A stretch of DNA of 64,000 bases from Acanthaster planci (GCF_001949145.1 NW_019091360.1:4026013-4090012), one strand, 5' to 3'; numbered from the stretch's first letter, positions 26,007-41,000 are shown. Notes: generated from the letters alone by a model not told the origin. Numbers and translations: made by a program.

Positions 26007-29000
26007 CTGAGTATCAAAAAGAATTTAAAAAGACAAAAGTTATTCAAATTGCACCAGAAAAAAAACAGTGGACAGTGCCTTAAGAAAAAAAAAATCAAGA
26101 TTGCAAGGACGGTATGTCTCCACTTCTGGGGTGCTGCCCCTGAAAATAAGTTATCAAATCAATTGATTGCCTACCATTGAAATATTATGGACTTTCCAAA
26201 GTGGTATCCAAAGGAAAAATCTTAAGAGGATTAAGACTTTCATTAGTTGTCTTACACATGCTTGGTGCGGATAATCCCCGAGACAAAGTCAAGGGAAATT
26301 ATCAACGCACATTCTCCTGAGCTGGTCTCATGAATGTTTAAGACCAACCAAGCATATATTTATTCCCATTCATACATGGCTTTCAAGTCACAAAGACAAA
26401 CCAAATTGAACAAATTATAAATATCCAATGACCTTGACAGTTTTACATCTTTTTTTTTAAGCAGCCCATTTTCTTCTTATGGTATGGTCCTTTCATGAGT
26501 AGTCACAAATAATCTCCTTATATGGAGATTGCTGTGCATGTAGCACATACTGCACAAGGAGGCACAGTGAGCTGGTGCTTTACCATCCATTTAAGACCAA
26601 ACACATGATGGGGTTTTGACCAATAGGAGAGGCTAAACTATTCTAGTTGTTTATAAATAAGGGATTAAAGTAAAATGACTCAAAACTACCCAAATATTGG
26701 AAATCTGAGAACTGTTGAATAATTTTGCATCCATACAACGAACGCATCAAGTATGACTAGCATGTAAATTCTAAAATGCTAAAAAATTACTTTTCTCTCG
26801 TTATTATTTATCATGGTGTGCTCAGATATTTGTGAATCAAACTGACTGGAGCAAAATACTTGACTTAACTCGACCTCTTTCCTAATGACTTGGCTCGAGT
26901 CCCAAAATGAGTGACTCATTACAACTCTGTTGTGACTAACGGGTAATACATTTAACCACTGGGTCACATAAAATATCAACGCAGACTCACCGCCTCCAAC
27001 TCTGGCCAAGTGTAGAAGAAGCCCAGAATCTTGCGTCGTATCAGAACCAGAAGAATCAGACCAAAAGGGAATGCCATAGAGATAATAGAGGTCTTAATGA
27101 CCCACAAGACAATCAAAGAAACAATCTGAAGTAAGGTGAACATATGCATCTTCCATGCCTTGACCTATAAAAGACAGAAGAACAAGATGACAGGTGTCAA
27201 ACAGATTAATAACAGGTGGTTCATCAGGGAACAACTTAAGTCAATCAGGAGGTTTAACTAAGGGAATAAATATGTGCTTGGCTGGTCTTTAAAGTGTTTA
27301 AGACCAGCTCAGGAGAATGGACGCGACTCCCGCCTGCGCCACGTTCATTTTCCTGACCAAGCACATATCTATTACCATTCATAAATACTGTTTTAGTCAG
27401 ACAGTCAAAGAAGTCAATATAGGATCCATTTCCAAGGATTTCCATTCTATGGTTTATTCCTTGTGCAAGTAGTCAAGAGGAATCTCTGTACAGTGACATG
27501 CTCATGACAAGTTTTCATGCTGTGGCATACACAGACTCTTGACCAATCAGAATTGACTAAACTGTCTTGTATCCAGGTGCCAGTGCATTTTACACAGTGT
27601 GCATTATCAATCACGGTCACGTTGTGCACTGTTGAATAGGGAAACTGTTTATGAATAACATTTTACACCAACAAATGATATTAGCGAGCATTGTCTAAAC
27701 TCAACTGAACTTCAAAAGTCTTTTTGAGATTTTGAAGCATAAGTTTAGGACATGTCTTGTTCCAAAGAGCTCTCAACAAAAATAGGGCGAAGTTGGAGTA
27801 TGTGCACATATTACCAAGCCAACTCATCAGTCTACTCAGACCGGCAATTAATAAATAATCAATCTATATTAATCAGTTAATCAATAAGAGAATTCAACAA
27901 ACCATGCGAACAAATTTCTTGTCAGGATGATGTTTGCTTGGCATGAATAAGATCTTGATTCTCTCGATGACCTGAATTCCACTTAAAGAGCTGAGACCAA
28001 GATAAAGGAAGACACCATAGAGGACAGCAATAGGGACCTCTCTGAGTACAGGTGCTAGAAAGTGAGTCAAACCTGAAAGAATGGCAGGAATAGATCATCA
28101 ATTCAAACATGAAATCTGGGAATATGGACTTGGTTAAAGACATATATAGTAATTACAACTGAAAGTTAACATGAGGATGGGAAAGTCCGTTCACACTTGC
28201 TCTCTTCCTGAGGAATTCATTGTTTTTTCACAAAATGTGAAAAATTGTCCTATGGAGGGGAAAATCTCCAAGATTTTTCCCGCAAGCGGGAATGATAGTC
28301 AAGCTTTTTTGAAGAGTGGGAAAACATTTTCATGTCTTTTCACAGGAGTGGTAAAAGATCTTGCGAGCTTTTTCACACAAGTGGGAAAGCTTTTTCACAT
28401 GAGTGTGAAAACATTTTGATGCCTTGAGAAATGAGAATGTAAATAGGTAGTCTTTTCCCACACTCCCCAGTGCCATTGACACTGTCACTGCCTTCCCAGT
28501 GCCATTGACACTGTCACTGCCTTCCCAGTGCCATTGACACTGCCACTTCCTACTGCCATGTACTGTGTGAAAATGTGTCTCACTGGTAAATATTACATTG
28601 ACAGTTCTTACTGCAAATTTCTTTTAGTAAAACAGTTGGGAAATGTGTGAAATTAAAAGTACGGAAATTAGAAAAAGTGTGCTTAAAAGAAAAACAATGA
28701 TTTTCAGCATCAGCAAGTGACCAGGAAATGTGTCATGATCTGATTAGCACATAATTTCCATGCTAGCCTTAGTTACAAGCATCACCTGTCTTTGATTTGA
28801 TGCCATCCAAAAACAATATTGGGCAAGGGATTGAACTTTTTTGATAAAACTGTGATGATTTACCTATGAGCAAACTGACAGCAAAATTGGTCATGCGTTG
28901 GTCCTTGATGTGGTCCAATCGTGGCTTGACACCAGGAGCTTCTGTCCTTGTGAGCACACTCAGACTCCCCAGATGTGACACCGTCCGTACCGGCCCAGCA

Positions 29001-32000
29001 CACATCCATGGTAGGCCAAACAAGCTCGCCAATAAGGAGAGAGCTCCCATCAGGAACAGATCCAGATGAAATCCTGTTCCTTTGCGTAGCTTGTGTTCTT
29101 TCTTGCTGACATACTGACTGTACGTTGGTAGCAGAGACAAACAATTCATGACAAGTTGATCCTACCACTCCATGAAAATTCATGACAGTTTGGGAGGACT
29201 TAGTGGGATTGAGGAGGGTAGAGCCAAGCCACTGTTACTTTTAAGAGGATTTCATCATGTCCCTTGAAAGTCTGCATGAAGAATACCATTCAGTTTCTGC
29301 ACAGTGGAATCAGACCAACTCATAGCCATAATACTTGGGCAGTTCAAGATATCTTTTAGAAAGTAGACATTTTCAAAACTCACATTTCAAAAGTTTCCCT
29401 GGAAAAAAATTTTCTGTGCAAACTGGAAAACATACATAGCAGATAAAAATAGATGTATTTCCCACCAACACGTAGACAGAGCAGGACTAAATGCAACGCT
29501 AATGACAAACTGAAGATGACATGTGACATTTTCTGCTTCTTTGTGCCCAAAAGCCCTGATCTCCCTTTCCAACTTCATCTGACACAACTATCTGTCTGTA
29601 TTCTGATAAATCATTAACAAAACATAGCTTGCTTCCTTGGTACATTCACAAGTTCAAAGATTAACCATTGCTTACCCAGTAAGCAGAATTTCCATATACA
29701 GCAGGATGAAGAGTAAAAAAGCAGGAACGATGGCGCCAAAGACAGCGCCAACTGGAAATGCATAGTTTATACCCAGAGGATTGATCAACCAACCACGCTT
29801 ACAGGGATCGGTGGGGATAAATCCATCTGTGATGGTCAATTTCTGCAAAAGAAAAAGGAACAAACTGAACTTATTGGAAACAGCTTACGAAACTAATAAT
29901 TCTTTAGATTTGATTGACTGTTGGATCCATCCATTTCAAATCCCAAAGTAACCCAGCAAACAGAGTAGAAAGTGAGTAAAGTCACCAGTTTGAGTCCTAC
30001 CCCAGAAAGCCTTTATTTCACACTCTCTCCAGTTTCCCTAAAACTCTGAGCTTACAGAGCAAACCAGTCAGTCTTCGTTGAATGCTAAGACACTTCATTA
30101 CACTAAAGCAAAGTGAATCAAACTATATGACATCAAAAACTGCAATCTCATTCTGACATTTCTGTTACCTGAAGGAATTTATTTTTTCTTAAATTCACAT
30201 AACTTAAGGTGGATGAAACATTTCACAATCATTTTCTAAACCAAACATGAAAAAAAAAACTTGTCTAGAAAACCATCAGCATAAATCAAATACCAAGCAC
30301 ATAGCATTGTATAAAGATTTACATAACTCAACATTTATGCATACAAACAAGTATAAATTCTTACTTGCGTGTAGGTGTTTTGGATAAGATAATCCAGGGA
30401 TACCATAAGAATAATTGCAATAGCGATGCCGAAGTTACCCATGGCGCGGCGTGACTGTTTAGAGAGAAAAAGTAATTCATACATCAGTCCTCTGTTATTT
30501 CTATCAATTCATCAACATTCATTCAGGTTTTAAAGGGGACTTAAAAACCAACTGGTCGTCTTATTGACAGACTTTGACTGTAAGCTTATATCATCTCCAA
30601 AAAGAAATATTTGTTTGCTTCAATGACAGCAAGCATAAAATGAGACACTTCTTCAGTTACTCACTGTCCTTCCCAGGAAACTGCTATTTCTGAGTATCTG
30701 CAGGAAGTAAGCGATGAAGAAGGTGCCGAAAGTAAGAATTATGGAGAGTAACGCTGTGTTCGGTCTTGGCGTCCAGTGTCCTGGTGAGCATGTGTCCCCA
30801 TGGAAGGACTCTGCTTCATCATGGTATGTACAACTGGGATCTTTATGTATATTCCCCGTCGTCTGCTGAAATGTGTGACGGTAAGTTGTCTGAGGATCGA
30901 GTGTTGTCAAATGCTGAGAGTAATCGCCTGCAAACGTACTGCTGCTGCTGTAGTTGTCTGCAGCGAGGAGGAAAGATGTGTAGTTTGCCTCTGAGCTGTG
31001 ATTGGATTCATGAGCTGTGTCGCCATGGTGACCATCACTAAAGCAGTAGTCAGTAAGCAAAGGATTGGCACAGACTGTCTGGAGAACAGGAAAAAGGGGA
31101 AAGAATCTCAATTGAGAGGCTGTCTTGAAATCAGCAATGACAGAGAGGTACTAAGAGAGGACACTGAAGGAGAAAAACTGACCTGGTAACTGGAAAAGAT
31201 GCCATTTTGCTTTAGCTGGCGGAATTTAAAACTAGGGTGACCCAAAGTGAAACATGAGGACAGATGGACAAACCTGATCACCCCATCAAAACTACTCAGG
31301 GTGACCTACGTTGATATGTGAGGAAAGCAGAACTAGATAAAGTTGAGTGCAAAGATGACATGATAACACTCACATGGTACAAGCCCAGGTAAGTCTCATA
31401 CAAGAACACCAATGAGATGAGGACGGTCAGAATCTCTTCGGTGAATCGGGTGAAGTATCGCACCAGAATACTGCCTTCAAAGGCCACCACAACGATGGAT
31501 ATCACAAAGATCCAGAAACCAACCCAGGTCCTAAAGGGCAGTAGCTCTATGCCTATTGTCTCACAGAACTGTCAAACAAACACATTAAAAGTCAGGTCAT
31601 TAAGAGTTGCAAGATTTGGACAGATTAGAAAAAACTACTTCACTTTTGTTAAAAAAGAAGGGCAATTAGGCAACAACTTATGACATTTTAGAAAAATGAC
31701 ACAGTGCAAAATATTTTAATCATGAATTTACTACAGCTTAATTTTTGCATGCTTTGTCACTGATTTTGGTGGAAAGATGTTTCAGTAAGCAAAAGTGAAC
31801 TTGTCTGATATGATGGATGGCACGATGTCCTTAGGCCTCATGACAAACATCCATCTTCAGCTATCTGTCAATGTTAAGTCTCCCTATTATCACATACATG
31901 TAAAACACTATCATTTGAAGTTTTCATTATTTGACTATTCAAGAGAGACAAAGTACATGGGACACATCATGTGCATACACTTGTGCATTTGTGCATGTCA

Positions 32001-35000
32001 TGCAGTATCTACAACCAATTTTCATCTGAATGGGTACAAATGTACAGCATATTCTGTGGATAATGGATGCATAGTGATAATGGCATTCAATTGTCTATAG
32101 TATCCCTTTGTCCCCAGTGAAGGGGCACTTGTGTGCTACGTCCATGCTGGATAGACTATCACCAGTTACAGTGAGGAGCGGCAGGGTGCCCATGCTGTAC
32201 AAGAATCTCTCAACTTACCACAGACATCTGTTCTTCAAATACCAGCAATGGTCCTGTAGCTCCTATGATGACCAGAGGTTGGCCAGAGAAGAGAGAGAAT
32301 AACATGCCACAGACAGATGTAGAGACTATCATTTCACTCACTCCCATCCATTTCTTAGTCTTCTCACCTGAAGATATTTGAAGAAAAGAAATTTGAATCA
32401 AAGCAAGGCATTGATAAAACTTCATATGACCTCACCGGAAGAGATTCAAAGTGATTCAAAGCCATGGTCTTAGCTGACAACCTGACTCAGAACAACAAAG
32501 GGAAACTTGACATTTCAGCCTCAATTTGGAACTTTTTGGGATCAATTTTTCTGGCAAAAAAGGGCTAATAATTACGCAGGCACAGAACACGATGTTTAGG
32601 AATAGTTTTCCACTTCATTTCTCAAATGTGGGGGACTACAGGAGACTAGAAGAAGACAACTCACTCAGCAAACCACCAAATGTGATAGCCGGTGACAGAC
32701 AGGCAAAGTAAATGAAGACAAAGGCAGCAAGGCATTGAAAGTTGAAAGCATCAGTGATGTCACTCCAGTAATGAGGATATCGGCGTTTGACATCATTGAC
32801 TAAGCCACCAAAGATTCGACCGGTTCGACGCAGTGGATCAAGGTTTAGCTCCATGTGCATCTTCTTTGTTAGTGCAATCACAGCTGAAAAGGAAAACAAA
32901 TAATTTGATTACAAGAAACAAAACGTGCTCCCAAAAGTTGCATCTGCTTCCAACATACGAAAAATATGTAGATGGATTTTTACATAAGCAGGAAGGACAG
33001 ACCGATGGCACCTGTTAGGTCACATGACCAATAGAGGATATCAAATATCAACAAATATGGTGTCCCCCACAGCAAAGTGTGTTGTGTCATTTACCAAAAA
33101 TAAACTTTCCGGTCAGTACAGTACTCAGAATATCGATGTGCTGAGTACTATACTGAAAATCACTTTAATTTTGGTAACCAACACTTAAAACACATTTTAC
33201 TATTGGAATGATATCCACTACAGGTCACGTGACTTAGCGAGGGCAATCGGTCTTTAGCATCAAAAGTAAATTGGCCTTAGAAATGATGGGATGGTTCCAC
33301 CACGAAGTGAGGTCTGCGATGTTTTGGTGCACCGCAAAGTGATGCACTGTCCAAGATATGTCAATTTGTGGTGCAACCAATGACATGCAGTGGTTCTTTC
33401 TCAAACTATTTCAATCTAAATTCAGAATGATTTTCACATAAAAATCGTCTAGTCCTTAGTGTCAATCTCTGGAAAACAGAGGAAGCTGTTGGCTGGTATC
33501 CGGGTAGGAAATGTGACATCCTACCCTCAGTGTCCTCCTTGGTTGGTTTGAGTGTCTGTCGTCTTCTCATAACTTTAGCTTGTTCCTTCTTCTGGATCCT
33601 GGTGATGGGCAGCAGGAGGTCACGATCCCAATCTCCCGGTGGTAGAACCATGGTGTCATTCAGAAACTCACTGATTCCCTTCATAATGTCGTGCTTGTCT
33701 AAACCAGTGTAGGCTATGTCACGAAACACCTGCCAAATTAATCGACAAACATTTTCTGAATAGGGGTAACATTTAACCAGCAGGGGGCAACCACTGTTTT
33801 CTGTTTACAGATCACATTCGCACCCTTACGTAATACCAAGTTTAATAAAATTGCAAATGTAAACCCAAGACAACTGCAGATGAGCCTTCAGTTCTAAGAT
33901 GGATTGTCTCCGAGACAAAATTCAATAATTTATCAATTGGGACAGAAGTAATGAGCTTTTTCTTTGTTATGCAATTACCAGATGTACCTGCAATACTGAA
34001 GGCCCTTAACATCAACTGTAGTTGAATCACAAGGTTCCATGTAAATGAACCTTTTCTGAATGTTGCCAGGCGGCACTCTTTTCACATGTAACTCTCAGGC
34101 TTTGTATATTCACCTACCTCATCTGAAAACAGTGTAGCCATTGCACGGCCAATTTCATGGTAGTCCGTGTCAGCAAAGCTAGGTCCAACCATGAAGAAAA
34201 TGAATCGTAATGGGGTAGGCACTTCAAGAAAGTTCTCAAACACGGTGGCTTCCTCCAGCCTGACTAGTGTCATGACAGTATCCTCAAAGGCATCATCTGT
34301 GGCAACCATGACAATCGCTGCCTCTGCTCCAGCGGGGATCTTCCTCATGATAGCATCGCCGTGAACTGTTAACCGTCTGCTCAGTGGTGTGTCAGGGTTA
34401 CTGTTGTTGTTGTTCTCCAGCATTGATATACGTACCTCATCAGCCTGATAAATATGGTTTAATAAGAATCAAACTTCAACTTGACAAAAGTAACAAAACG
34501 TTTTGGAATGAGCAGTCCAAATCTCAAGGGAATGTCAATTTTCAAATTTCTTGTGATTTTCAAGTGAATAATTGAAAATCACGCCTATAAGACAAACACA
34601 AATTCTAAGGCAATTTTTAATGTAAAGGCCGTGTTGACTGACTTTTTCACTTTAAAAATGCTTTATCCACAGAAATGTTCAAGTTGTCAGCTCAAACAAT
34701 TATTCCCCACTTTTATTTCATTATTTTTATTAATTTTTAAAATTTGATGGTGCTGCGTGACAATAAGCAGAAAAGTCCTGCTTACTATAGCAGAAAATGT
34801 TGTTGACCGTAAGCACCATTTCATGGTGGTACCTGATGTGGTTGTGCTTATGGTTGTGTGTGCATAGATATTTCTGTTGTTTTGTCACTATGTTAAGTGT
34901 GCCTTTTGCCATGCTTCCTGCTTGTGGTCTTAATGAAAGACAAAAAAGAGTCCCTGTTTAGTGTAAAATCATGTGCTAAGCAGCACCATAAAACTGGGCG

Positions 35001-38000
35001 CTGATGATGGCACATTTTCCCAACCCTTGAGAGTTACTGGACCAACAGGCAATGACAAACTCTGATCAGGCATGACATCTGACATTGAAAGAACAAGAGA
35101 AAAACATAACAACTATAGTAAAGGATGCCGATAACGAAGGAAATAGTAGGAAATGAAAGGGGAAAAAACACTGACATCCCTTTTAATTGGAAACATACCA
35201 AGCCTGTCTAACTCAATTGTTGTTCATTGCTCGTCACCACAAACAGAAACATGTTTCAAGATCCATGACAGCATCAATGCCATATGAAATTACCAGGGTA
35301 CAAAAAAATCTGATAAGTCCTTGGTGAATAATCTAATAAGGAAGCAGCGATTACATAAGATGTCTGGTCAGACTGTGCTGATCCTGTTTGACAAATGGAA
35401 AAAAATTCAACCTTGTTGATCCACATAAAAGCTGTGTAGGTTGGATTGGCTGGGTTTTCAGAGGGTGAAGGCCTTGCATGGAGTACTTGATTCAACCAAA
35501 TCCAGAGCTGTAGAGAAGTTTTAGTTAGAATGTTTGTATTTTAGTGTACATGTATGACTCAGCCTACGACTCTATCATGGTAGAACTGTCAGCACAGCTT
35601 GTGAAATATTTCCACTTTGTGAAATATTTCCAACATGTGAAATATTGTTGAACACAAATTGGATGCAGGAGGTACAAAATCTGAGACAAACAAAACCCAA
35701 TATATAAAATTCCACAGGGTGGGGGGCGGCTCACTCGCAAACAGTAACAGTCACAGGTTCTGTGAGGATGGGTTAATTAATAATTATTGGAGTTGAATTC
35801 TCAAAGAAAATCTTATTTGAAATATAACTAAACTTTTTACATTGGGCAAGCATCTTTGGTTCTCTGATTTACAAATGCTATGAACTCTTTTTCACACAAC
35901 CTCTTACTTTTGTAATCACAACATTTGTCCATTCATGACATCGTGTGGTAAACGCTGTTATCGTTATGGAAAGCCTGATTTTTGTCCTAAAAACTTTCCA
36001 AGCCATAACTCATAATGCAGAGGTGGTCATAATTCAGTTTGGATGCTAGAATGCACCTGCACCCAGTGACTGGTACCGGTAATTACTAGCCATACAAACA
36101 GGCTTCTCTTACCCCGTTGGCATGGTTATCAATAGAAGGTGACAGGGCTGTGGCGTTATTGACTGGCGGTGAGGGAGTAATGAGAGATGTCTTGCGTGAT
36201 GAATCTGACGTGGCATACATGGAAAGACGTCTAACAGAGGCTTGAAAGAGGCTCGTTTGTTCCATAGGATTCCTGTCAGGGAAACAGAGAAGTAATACCC
36301 TCAAAGCTGAGTGGACTCAATACGCCAGCCAAGTGATTACGTCGTCATCCAGGTCCGATGGTCTGCATTGACACGGTAACCGGATCATGTGCTCTAGAGT
36401 ATACATGGTGGTTTCCTACAATGGTATTACCTGCACAAATCTTTGTAATATTTCAAAGCTGGTTGGCTTTTTTCCCCAGTTTGAAACCTAAAGAAAAGAC
36501 ATGTGATGCTTTCATTGTATAATTACAATCACCAGCAAAACAATTCACCATTGTGGAGCAAAAAATAAACGCAAATATTTGCTAGAAAAAACTGATACAT
36601 TTTGTGCACTTGTTCACGATGAGTGGCTGATCCAGTTGTTATGCACAGTGTGTGATCCGTCGCTAGGGAATTTGTGGTGACCTAGGTCAGCATGAGGCTT
36701 TGTTGGCAATGTTTGAGGGAAAGGCCTCAGAACAAAGGAGAAAAGAAGAAATCAGAAGTAATAAGGTCATGTTTAGGGGAACAGCTTCAATTTAAAGCAG
36801 TGTGCTTAGGGAAAAATATGAAAGCAAAGGGCAGGGAACACTTGCTCTGGTGAAAGGACGATACAGGTATTCATAGCTAACGGAACAAAAAAATTGATCT
36901 TTAAGATCTTATCAGTGAGGCTGCTATGCAAAAATCCATTTTTGTGGGTTAAGACTAATTCTTTATGACGGGTGCTTACTTGCGAGCTGATTGGTGGAGC
37001 ATTCGTAAAGCCAATCCATGTTGCTCTGGTTGGATGAGTTCAGCATTTAACATTCCTTCCACCATGGTATTAAAGATTGCAGGGAGCTGGGTCTCTGGTA
37101 TATCCAGTAACACCAGACCTGTGATAATCACAAGACAAACACCACAATACACCTTACTCACACCTTACATACAGGGACGCCATGTGAATAAGTGCCATTA
37201 GGGCCGTTTTCCAATACTCAACTTCGGCTACGTCTCAGGCTTCAACTGTTTTTTTAATACCTGACTCTGAAGCTGTAAGCCCACTAATCTGTCTAATAGT
37301 GCCACAAAACATCAAATAAGATGCAAGAGAGCAAAGACTTACAGTAATCAAATTTGATTTAAACGTTTCAGGCCCACAATCGGGGATTGGTTTCGGGGAC
37401 GAAGCCTGAGACAGAGATGAAGTTGAGTATAAGAAAACGGCCTAGGTCTCTCATACATTGATATATTTTGCAGCAATACTTGACTCTCTTGCTTTCTTAC
37501 CTCACTTAAGGGTGTAGCCATTCCAATCACAGATGTTTGGTAGAGGTATGACCGATTGAAGAATGATTCAAACCATGCAAGCATTGCATTATTTATCAAT
37601 TTACACCCATCTTGATTTATGAAGATTTTAATAACATACAAGCTCACCCCCTCCCCTGAAGAAAAGCACTTTGAAGATGAAATGAGGACAAGCTGAATAT
37701 GAATTCACACTTACAGCTGGAGTGGGATTGGTTTTAAACCCCAAGCCACAGATTATTAGGATTTCTTCTTCAATTAGCTTAGTTTTAAACCCCAAGCTAC
37801 AGATTATTAGGATTTCTTCTTCAATTAGCTCCTCGGAATCTTCCCCAACTTCTGCGAGAACAGTCATCAGATGTCAGGACCACTCACCATGCTCAAGGCC
37901 TTTCCTAAGCTGAGGAAGACTGTTGAACGTCAAGGATGCCACGTGAGGCTTGCCCCATCGACCTGACCCTTCCTCACGATCCTCTTCAAACTTAATCCAT

Positions 38001-41000
38001 CGTGCCTTCTCCTTCCAATATATGCTGCTGGCACCGATGCCGGCAAATTGCTCACTGCGTTGAAGTTCATCAAGCTCCACAAATAACTATCAAGTAAAAG
38101 TTCAAATCAAGACTCGGCCAAGTCTCAAAAGGTGCTGCACAGCAATGTGAATGATGTTACTGCTGTCACCAAATGTCTACAGTTACACATGTTAAATTGC
38201 CTCATTCAGCAATTAGTATTTATTGTCAAATGTTCTTGAAATAGACTTAGAAGTAATTTTTAAAATGACACATTTTGGAAGACCAACTTTGATGAGTGCT
38301 ACTTCTAATAATAAATCCAGGGAGACAAAGTTGAAATGTAAAATCAAGTTACTTCAGCTTCCATGTCAATAATGAATATAGGATTCCTGCACCTTCTGCA
38401 ATGGGTCCTATTGATTTGTTTCCAACAGAGAGCAGAAGAACATTGGAAACTATATTCAAGCAAACTTGAATTCTCAATTCTGATTGGTCGATCCATGACA
38501 ACAAACAGTATGACATATAATTGTATTGCACGGTTCATATCAAACCCTGTGTAATGCACTATTCTAACTCAATGCAATGTGCAATTTTTATGCTAACAGG
38601 ACAAAGACACGGGGATACAGGACTCGGATGCCCCATGTTATTCTTGCTCAACGCGCCCCTCGTGTGATAACTAATACTATGTCAACACTAAATGCAATAC
38701 CTCATGTGGTTTGTGGCTGCGTGTTGAGGGGTAACTCAGTGTTCGTGAGGATGGCGAGGGTGTCTTCAAAATCTTGGATCGCCGTCGATTGATTCCAACA
38801 TCGTCATAACGATGACCTTTTGGGTGAAAAGCATACAATTTGTGAGAACAAAAAAATGCTTTTCAATGCATCAAGATAGCAGGTGTGAAGTCAATACAGG
38901 TTAAATGACAATAAAGCACAGACAACAAAAACGGTTAGTTGATGTGTACTTACCAATAGGTAACCCACAAAGTTGGCAATATCTTAACAATAAACTTACC
39001 ATTTATGGTTCAGAAGTCTCATCATACTCGTCAAAGTGGTCTAGACCATATCTTTATTATTCAATTCCACTAAAATCTAATTCATATATCCTTGCAATTT
39101 GTTCTAAATTATCACCTGCAAGGTTTTGTTTAGCTCTGTTTAGTTTTAATTAGTCAGTTTTTTTTTCAAAAATCAATTGCTCAAATTTTACAAAACTTTA
39201 GTCACTCTTAAGATTTAATTTTTAAACCCCAAGTATGTTAATAGAATAAATGACAACATGGGGGTAAGGAATGTCACTTTTTAAGAATAAGACAAAATCC
39301 ATCTAGAAGCATTAATGGATGTCCACTTCTCATCTTGTCAATCTCTTTCTTTAGAAAGAGATCGTATCTCTTCCAAGTAGCAACCACATGCTGTGTCTCT
39401 TAAGATAGCATTTCAAGAGCTTCTATGGGTGCTCCCTGGATGATCTTGAAGTCAGCTTGTTCGAATAATGCCCTAGGAGTGTCTAGTCTAACTCCATTTT
39501 ACAATCAGATTCAGCCAGAAACAGCAAGAAAGAAAGGCTTCATAAAACTATTTGTCACCTCCTAAAACAATCTATGAGATCTGTATCTATGTAAGTAAAT
39601 CCTTACATCCTGTTTTTATGAATTAACCTTGGATGGACAGATACAAGGAAACCACCTTCGTCGTCACGAAGATGAATCACTGGGTTTGCTGAACCCAACT
39701 TGTTTTTTGACTGGTTTAGGGCTGGGATATCTGTCATTAGATTTCTGTGGAATCTTGTCAGGAAGGAAATAGCACAAACAGTCGTGTGTTGAGGGGCGGA
39801 CACAGGATTGTAGATCACATGTTGAGATGCAGGAATCTTGATGCACTGATTCAAACCAGTCATCAAAATGAAAAACCTGTAATGCAAGGTCCAAGTTGAA
39901 AACTGGTTTGAGATTTGAGAGCAAACCCTGAATAGATTTAACATTGAAAACCTACATCCAGGATACATGCGCTTTGATCAAGTGTGATATGTGCGCCTGT
40001 TCAATGTTATCTGAACAACTAGCACAGCTGTGCCATTGGTTAGATGGAACAAAAATGTCCTACAAATAGCCAAGACTGATTCAATTTCTAAGAGCCGACA
40101 ATTCTAAGAACGCACATTTGAATGCTTTTATTTGTCCCCTGCAGAGCACAGCACTCCACCATACCATAAACATTATGGGAACCTATCATAGAAGGGTTTG
40201 TAATAAAAAGCAAGACTGATGAAAGCCCAGTCTGCCGTGGGCTTCCTAGCATAGCTGCGTACATTTATATCATCCATCCCTAGAGACTTAAACAGATCCT
40301 TGGATGAATTAACCAATTGATCAAGACAACTTCTGGCCTCTGGTAAAACCGTACAGCAATGGAAAACACTGAATCTACAAAGAAACATGAATATGTCTAA
40401 TATGAGTCTACAACAATAGCATTTAATACTTTGATCTTCATCCTACCCGAACTAAACCAGGTCACCTATCCTCAATACATGTACATGTATGTCCCACCAT
40501 GACACATCCAACTCCTGCATGACTTGAGATGGAACAGCAGATCTGTTCATCGATGATGCTGCCCAAGTTCCCATTAGATTCAATTCTTTCTCCAGGTCTT
40601 GCTTTATGCTCAATGCTTGCTCAAAAGGTAGACCAGTTTCTGCCTGACAGGCATATGATGGATTTCAGGAAATGCTGGACAGCTCAATGTTGTAGCAAAG
40701 ACATTGTCCGTACAGATTGCTAGATTGCAGCACGAAGATACCACTCAGTCAGGGAACGACTGATTATGTGATCTGTCTGCTTCTCAGCCCCTTAAGACAC
40801 GAGCCACAGTCTCAAGACATTACATGGTTCCTCTCAGCCCTGATATCAAGATATCACGCTACTGCAAGACTGCAGATTGGTTGATTAGAGTGAAATTGAA
40901 AGCAGGATGGAAACAATCTCTTTTCCTTGCAATGTCAGCTAAGCTAAGGGGTCATTCCCTAACTACTGTACTTGGAATTGGTTAGAAAGTACCATTGTGT

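Noticed and set aside
13848..26180. Long ORFs made mostly of X in the ORF track
   Set aside because: Artefacts of translating through N-gaps.
39606..40652. Extra SLC4 exons near 39606-39745 and 40466-40652
   Set aside because: Plausible splice signals, but phases do not fit the flanking phase-1 exons and there is no homology support.
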